From Paraspadella gotoi (lineage: Eukaryota; Animalia; Chaetognatha): DNA of 64,000 bases. Location: positions 14,546,963 through 14,610,962 of the forward strand of contig CM119265.1 in assembly GCA_051294375.1 (NCBI GenBank). The letters run 5' to 3'. This document shows, piece after piece, positions 57,858 through 64,000 of the stretch. Position numbers and translations under genes: made by a program. The number at the start of each line of letters is the position of its first letter. Within the stretch, counting starts at the first letter, position 1. The notes under the pieces were generated by a model that searched no databases, was not told the origin of the DNA, and saw only the letters and a list, made by a program, of their open reading frames with translations.

Positions 57858-58579
57858 TAATTCTATGGTAATTTTAGGCAGGAGAAGTGGAGGGGGAAGT
57901 TGGAAATGTTTAACGGCAGAAATTAGCGTTAAAATAGATCGCGTTTAGTCGTTAGGTTGACGTTTTGGTAACAATACTATTTTATTTTATATTCTATTTA
58001 TCTTCTTTTGTTATGTATCTGTCTACATATTAGTCTGAGTGGGTTTAGCTCTGGTTGTAAATCTGTCTTTCTGTCTGTCTGTCAGTCGGTCTCTCTCTCT
58101 CTCTCTCTCTCNNNNNNNNNNNNNNNNNNNNNNNNNNNNNNNNNNNNNNNNNNNNNNNNNNNNNNNNNNNNNNNNNNNNNNNNNNNNNNNNNNNNNNNNN
58201 NNNNNNNNNNNNNNNNNNNNNNNNNNNNNNNNNNNNNNTCTCTCTCGTTGACATCTCTCGCTCGTTCTCCTCACCGTAAAAAGAGGATGAGCCTCCTTCA
58301 AACTCATGTTCTCTTCAAGACTTTATTTTTTCGCGAATCTCATCAATTAGTTTGAGAATCAAAAGCTTGACGTCGCGCATGTTAGATAAAAGATAAGTCA
58401 TGACGTCATCGAAACGTTTTTACTATCAATGTTGTTGTTTTACTGTATCGTCGTTTACGAGAAATTGCCAAAATTAATTTGTAATGTCTTCGTATAATAG
58501 TAAATTGATTTTACGAACGAATTGCCCACATATTGACTCATCCTTTTTGGTCTGACTCCCCGATGCCCCCAAACTTTAG

Positions 58580-58657
58580 GCATTTCGTCACCATCCGGTT
58601 ATCACTACGTCGGGACGACCGCTGAAGACCTTACTCGCCACGTCTCAAGAGAAACGG
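58580..58657 (+). CDS. Third exon of the His/Ala-rich protein (78 nt, symmetric phase 1-1)
   Basis: Acceptor ctttag|GC continues in frame: (G)ISSPSGYHYVGTTAEDLTRHVSRET(G); strong donor CGG|GTAAGT. Not shown in the ORF track. Confidence 0.65.
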
Positions 58658-59235
58658 GTAAGTCTCAAGCTCTTTAGAATTTGATTACACGGCTCTCTCT
58701 CTCTCTCTCTCTCTNNNNNNNNNNNNNNNNNNNNNNNNNNNNNNNNNNNNNNNNNNNNNNNNNNNNNNNNNNNNNNNNNNNNNNNNNNNNNNNNNNNNNN
58801 NNNNNNNNNNNNNNNNNNNNNNNNNNNNNNNNNNNNNNNNNNNNNNNNNNNNNNNNNNNNNNNNNNNNNNNNNNNNNNNNNNNNNNNNNNNNNNNNNNNN
58901 NNNNNNNNNNNNNNNNNNNNCTCTCTCTCTCTCCTTGTGCTGTCAAAACAAGATCGGATTAAAAACTCAAACTGTCTATCAACGAATCAATTATCAGTTT
59001 CTTCTGGCAAAATCCTTTTTTTTTCTTTCAATAATTTTCAAATTGCTTAAAGATGAGAGGCTAATAGTAGTAAATAGTTTTTAAATAGACAAAAAATTGT
59101 TTAATTTCTTTTTACTACTTTCATGTTACTCTTATGCTTTTTTGTTCTTTTTTGATGTTTTACCGCCACTCGATAGGGGACGAACGTAAACATTCTGAAA
59201 AACCCGATGGAGAAAAGGAAAGAAAGGGAAAAAGA

Positions 59236-59268
<33 letters not shown>

Positions 59269-60726
59269 NNNNNNNNNNNNNNNNNNNNNNNNNNNNNNNN
59301 NNNNNNNNNNNNNNNNNNNNNNNNNNNNNNNNNNNNNNNNNNNNNNNNNNNNNNNNNNNNNNNNNNNNNNNNNNNNNNNNNNNNNNNNNNNNNNNNNNNN
59401 NNNNNNNNNNNNNNNNNNNNNNNNNNNNNNNNNNNNNNNNNTTTTCTCGGATAAGATGTTCTTTTGTGTTTCTTTGTTGACGTTGGGAATGATCTACAAG
59501 CTCGGAGAACGAAACCAAAACATCCCGGGTTTCCCCTCCAGCTCCCCCCTTTANNNNNNNNNNNNNNNNNNNNNNNNNNNNNNNNNNNNNNNNNNNNNNN
59601 NNNNNNNNNNNNNNNNNNNNNNNNNNNNNNNNNNNNNNNNNNNNNNNNNNNNNNNNNNNNNNNNNNNNNNNNNNNNNNNNNNNNNNNNNNNNNNNNNNNN
59701 NNNNNNNNNNNNNNNNNNNNNNNNNNNNNNNNNNNNNNNNNNNNNNNNNNNNNNNNNNNNNNNNNNNNNNNNNNNNNNNNNAAGGCCGTCCAGGAGTGCG
59801 TCATGGCCCCAAATTATTCGGCAATTTGGAAAAAGGAATTTGCATTTTAAAAACCCAGTCAATCAATCTCTCTTTTTCTTTTTTTTTTTTTCAAATTTCA
59901 ACCCAGAGTCTTTTTTTTTTTTAGTCGAGCTTTTTGATCTCCCAGGGACGTCACTCAAATTGAGCTCGAAACTGACGATAATGATCTAATTTGCATAAAT
60001 TAAAAGAGTTAATCCATCCAACTTTTTAAAGAAAATATACGTGTGATCGATATTTTTTTCCCGAAATCGTTAGAAAAATAGAAAGAGAGAGAGAGAGAGA
60101 GAGAGATAGAGAGAGAGAAAAGATTAGAAAGACGACCCCAAGAAATAGAAAGAAGAGATGTAAATTAATGCGAATCGAAATATCTTCATGCATGGAAAGG
60201 TCGGTAATGGCTTCATCAAAGCGAAACGCGGTTTAAGAAGTAAGAAAGAAGTCTACCGTTACAAATCAACGGGAAAAAAAATTGATTAAATAATCTTTTT
60301 CGCTCTCGACAAAAGAGTAAAAAAACTAAAATGGTAAAAAAGTCTTCTTATCAGGCGAGAAAAAAAAATATTAAAAATAATAGAAAAAGATCAAGATTAT
60401 GGAAATATTTCTAAAAGTAAAAAAAATAAAAGAAATATGATAGTTTTTCCTTTATATCCGAATTTATTTTTCTCTCTATCTATCCTTTTTTTCCTTTTCT
60501 TCTTCCTCCTTTTATCCCTTTCTTCTTCCTCCTTTTATCCTTTTCTTCTTCCTCCTTTTTTCCTCTTCTCAATCGACGTTTCCTCCACTCGATTCTTCTT
60601 TCGCATTAAATTTTTAATTTCCCTCTTTTATCTGGGCTCGGCCATATTTCATGAGTCAATTAAAAGCTCGGTTCGTGTCTCTCTGTCTCTCTCAGTGGGG
60701 GACCCCCTCCCTTATTGGTTATCGGA

Positions 60727-60840
<114 letters not shown>

Positions 60841-61296
60841 CAATGCGGCCCGGATCGCGCATTCTTCGCGTTGACGTCCACCCCCGCGTCGATGCGATCG
60901 GGATCTCGTTAGCGAATCGATGGGCGATCAGCTCGTTATCTCGACTCGACTTCGCCGCAGCGTCTTTTGCGGTCCCCCGCGGCGTCGTATCGTGTCCCCG
61001 CGGCGCCGACCCGTGTTCGCGCTGCATGTCACGCGGCGCGACGCGTATTTCGTCTCTTGTTTTTGTCCCGGCGAGACGATCGGGTTTCGGCGATTGACTT
61101 CTCGAGGTCGAGAGACGCGCTAATCGATGCAGACGAGGAAACAAACAACGCCGAGTCGTCGGCGTCATTTCTGGCGTCATTTGTGACGTCATCAGCGTAA
61201 ACAACACTCGTGTCTTTACTAGAGACATAACGTTTTCCTGTGCGACAACAGCGCGAAAACACGTTTACATTATTCTACCGTCGAGATTCAGCAATT

Positions 61297-61410
<114 letters not shown>

Positions 61411-61851
61411 ATTCTCACTAACGTGTTTGACCTCGGTGACATTTCTCGCAGAGACTCAGCAGGCAACAGAATCATCATCACAGGATTTTTTGGCCTCCGC
61501 TTCGCATGAGAATGGATGGGATCCTTTTCTCTCACACACTCAGTCTCTCTCACACAAAATCTCACTCTATTATTATATTATCCATTTGCTCTATTCGCGT
61601 ATAATTTAAAGTTCCGTGTTTAGGAGTCGGTAATTTAAAATTCGGATAAAAAAAGGAGAAAAACCTTTCTATGAATCGTTCTGATTATCACACGCTATCA
61701 ATAACCTTTTTTCCGAGTTGAATGAAGTTATAAACCAAAACTGTTGGAATTAATCGTGTTTTAAATTGAATAACATCAAGACGGTGAGAATACCTCGTCT
61801 CCCTTTAAGTATATCTCTCTGTTTAATCCACACCGTGAAAGTTTAGGAGCT

Positions 61852-61897
<46 letters not shown>

Positions 61898-62884
61898 GCG
61901 ATGGGGTAAGTGATTTATATCGAAGCTAAACTTTCCTTACCTCCCCCTTAATCCCCCTTTCCCCTTAACCCGAGTCTCCGTCGGCAAACGAGAAATAAGT
62001 TCGTTCGACGAGTCGGGCTCGTGCGGCTATTTTTAGGCCGGACAATTACTTTCCGTGGGGTCGCCGGGGGTCGAGCTCTGGCCAGGGGAAGGGGGAAGAA
62101 GGGGGAGGCGGGGAGATGTAGGGAGAGTAAAGGTTTGACTTTAAGGGGAGGGTGAGGGTATCCGGGTGAATGGAGTGTGAGGTCAAGGGTAGCAAAGGGA
62201 AATGGCTCGATGGTTCTCCGGGAAAAAAACTCGGGGAATTATTCGATACCGTTTAATATTATCTATTATGATTGAAGGACGCCAGAAGACCGGCGCGTTG
62301 AGAAAGGGGGGGAGGATAAAGTATACTTAATTTATCTATGGTGAGTTTGCGAGATCGTCGCACCGCAGAGACAAAACATCAATTGACCGAATCGGCGATA
62401 GTGTGAGAATTCCTTGTTTGAGGGCGAAGTGAGGGAGAGAGGCTGAGATGAATGGACGGAGACAGAGATGGACGATTGGACGTCGTCGTCGTCGCCTTCC
62501 TCAGACGATGGTCGAAATGTTGTGACCCAAATCCCCGTCATTTCACCTCCGCCCACGAAGATCACGTGACCCAAAAAACATCTCGGATCACGTGACCTCG
62601 AGTGAGGATTCGCGGGCGAACGAGGTTGGAAAGAAGGGAAAGAAGAGAGGAACTCTAGGAATGGAGGAAAGAAGGAAAAAGGACGAGAGGAAAGAAGGAA
62701 AAAGGACGAGAGGAAAGAAGGAAAAAATGAAAGGAAATATAAACGGAAGATGAACAAGAAAGATGATACAAATTCAGTTAAAACAAAGTATCTGTGGCAT
62801 TAATACAAAAAAACATTACTTGGGAGTTCGTTTTTCGGTATTCTACTCTCTATCTCTCTCTCTCCCTCTCTCCCCCTTCCGCGG

Positions 62885-63993
62885 GGGCGCCAGTAATTTA
62901 CTATCGCAGCCTCGAGTCCAGAGAAATCTCGTGACCCTCATAACTCAGGGGGAGCTCCTCTCCTTCCTCGTTCAGCCCCGCTCCCCACCAATCCATCCGG
63001 TCGCGACCCTTCAGGACCCCACAAGACCTTTTAAGACCTCCTCAAAACCCTTTTAGACCCGTAGACCCTCCAGGATATTTTTTTAATTTTCCACTCCTTC
63101 CTTATCTTTCCTTTTTTTGGCCCTTATTCTTTTCTCTTTCACTCTCACTCTTTCACAAATCCCCGTAAGCGTTATCCCTATTCCCGGAAAGCCAAAGACT
63201 ACGAAATCTATTTTAAGAATAAATGGGAAAATATACAAGGGCATTAAATTAAAGAATATACAGATAAAATAAAAATGCTTGTTTATCCACTTTAATAGTT
63301 CATAAAAATGCATAACAAACGCCAAATGGATANNNNNNNNNNNNNNNNNNNNNNNNNAGCCGTTTCCTCCGCGTTTGGAGTCGAGCTCTTTTTTATATTT
63401 TAACTGCTCCTGTGAGTCCTGTGAGTCGCTTTTCAAAAGGATGAGGTCACTGGAGCAAGCCGCGACTGATTCCCCAATTTCGCCTCCACAACCCTCCACA
63501 AAAAGAAAATGACGATCCAGGAATATCCTTTTTTGCGTTTGTTATGCATTTTTTATTTTTCGAACTATTAAACTGGATAACAAGCATTATATTTTTATCT
63601 GTATATTCTTTAATTTAATGGGCCCTTGTTTATTTTCCCATTTTTTTCTTATATAGATTTCGTTAGTCTTGGCTACGGGGATAGGAATAACGCTTACGGG
63701 GATTTGTGAAAGAGTGACAAGACCGAGAAAGGGAAAAGAGAAAAGAATAAGGGCCAAAAAAGGAAAGAAGGAAGGAGTGGAAAATTAAAAAATATCCGCT
63801 GGAGGGTCTACGGGTCTAAAAAGGGTTTTTTGAAAGGAGGTCCTTAAAAAGGTCTTGTGGGGCCTGAGGTCGCGACCGAATGGATTGGTGGGAGCGGGGC
63901 TGAACGAGGAAAGGAGAGGAGCTCCCCTGATTATGAGGGTCACGAGATTTCTCTCTGGACTCGAGGCTGCGATAACGTAATTACCTGGCGCCC
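62885..63993. repeat. Inverted repeat, arms about 62885-63332 and 63524-63993
   Basis: For example cagcctcgagtccagagaaatctcgtgaccctcataa versus ttatgagggtcacgagatttctctctggactcgaggctg; many small indels between the arms; 25-N gap at 63333-63357. Confidence 0.85.
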
Positions 63994-64000
63994 GGCATCC

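Overview
This is eukaryotic (probably invertebrate animal) draft-genome sequence. It is rich in (AG)n/(CT)n, (GAC)n and (AAAG)n microsatellites and has many N gaps, so almost every ORF in the supplied track is a microsatellite or N-run artefact. The best-supported gene is a 5-exon calmodulin-like EF-hand gene on the + strand (8738-10884) with frameshifting indels in exons 3 and 4. Three phase-compatible + strand exons (54232-58657) encode a His/Ala-rich, transcription-factor-like N-terminal region. There are weaker signs of a spliced - strand gene at about 3.4-7.2 kb. The middle of the window (13.8-43.6 kb) is mostly re-copied sequence: a 6.8 kb direct duplication, a 1.6 kb direct duplication and a 9.3 kb inverted copy, bounded mostly by 25-N gaps. 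That pattern points to long-read gap-filling artefacts, although the inverted copy has inversion-allele geometry. Small repeats include a ~200 bp intronic hairpin (MITE-like), a DINE-1/HINE-like element, and 32-bp and 11-bp minisatellites. I found no CRISPR array, rRNA, tRNA or transposase, and no convincing new biological system.
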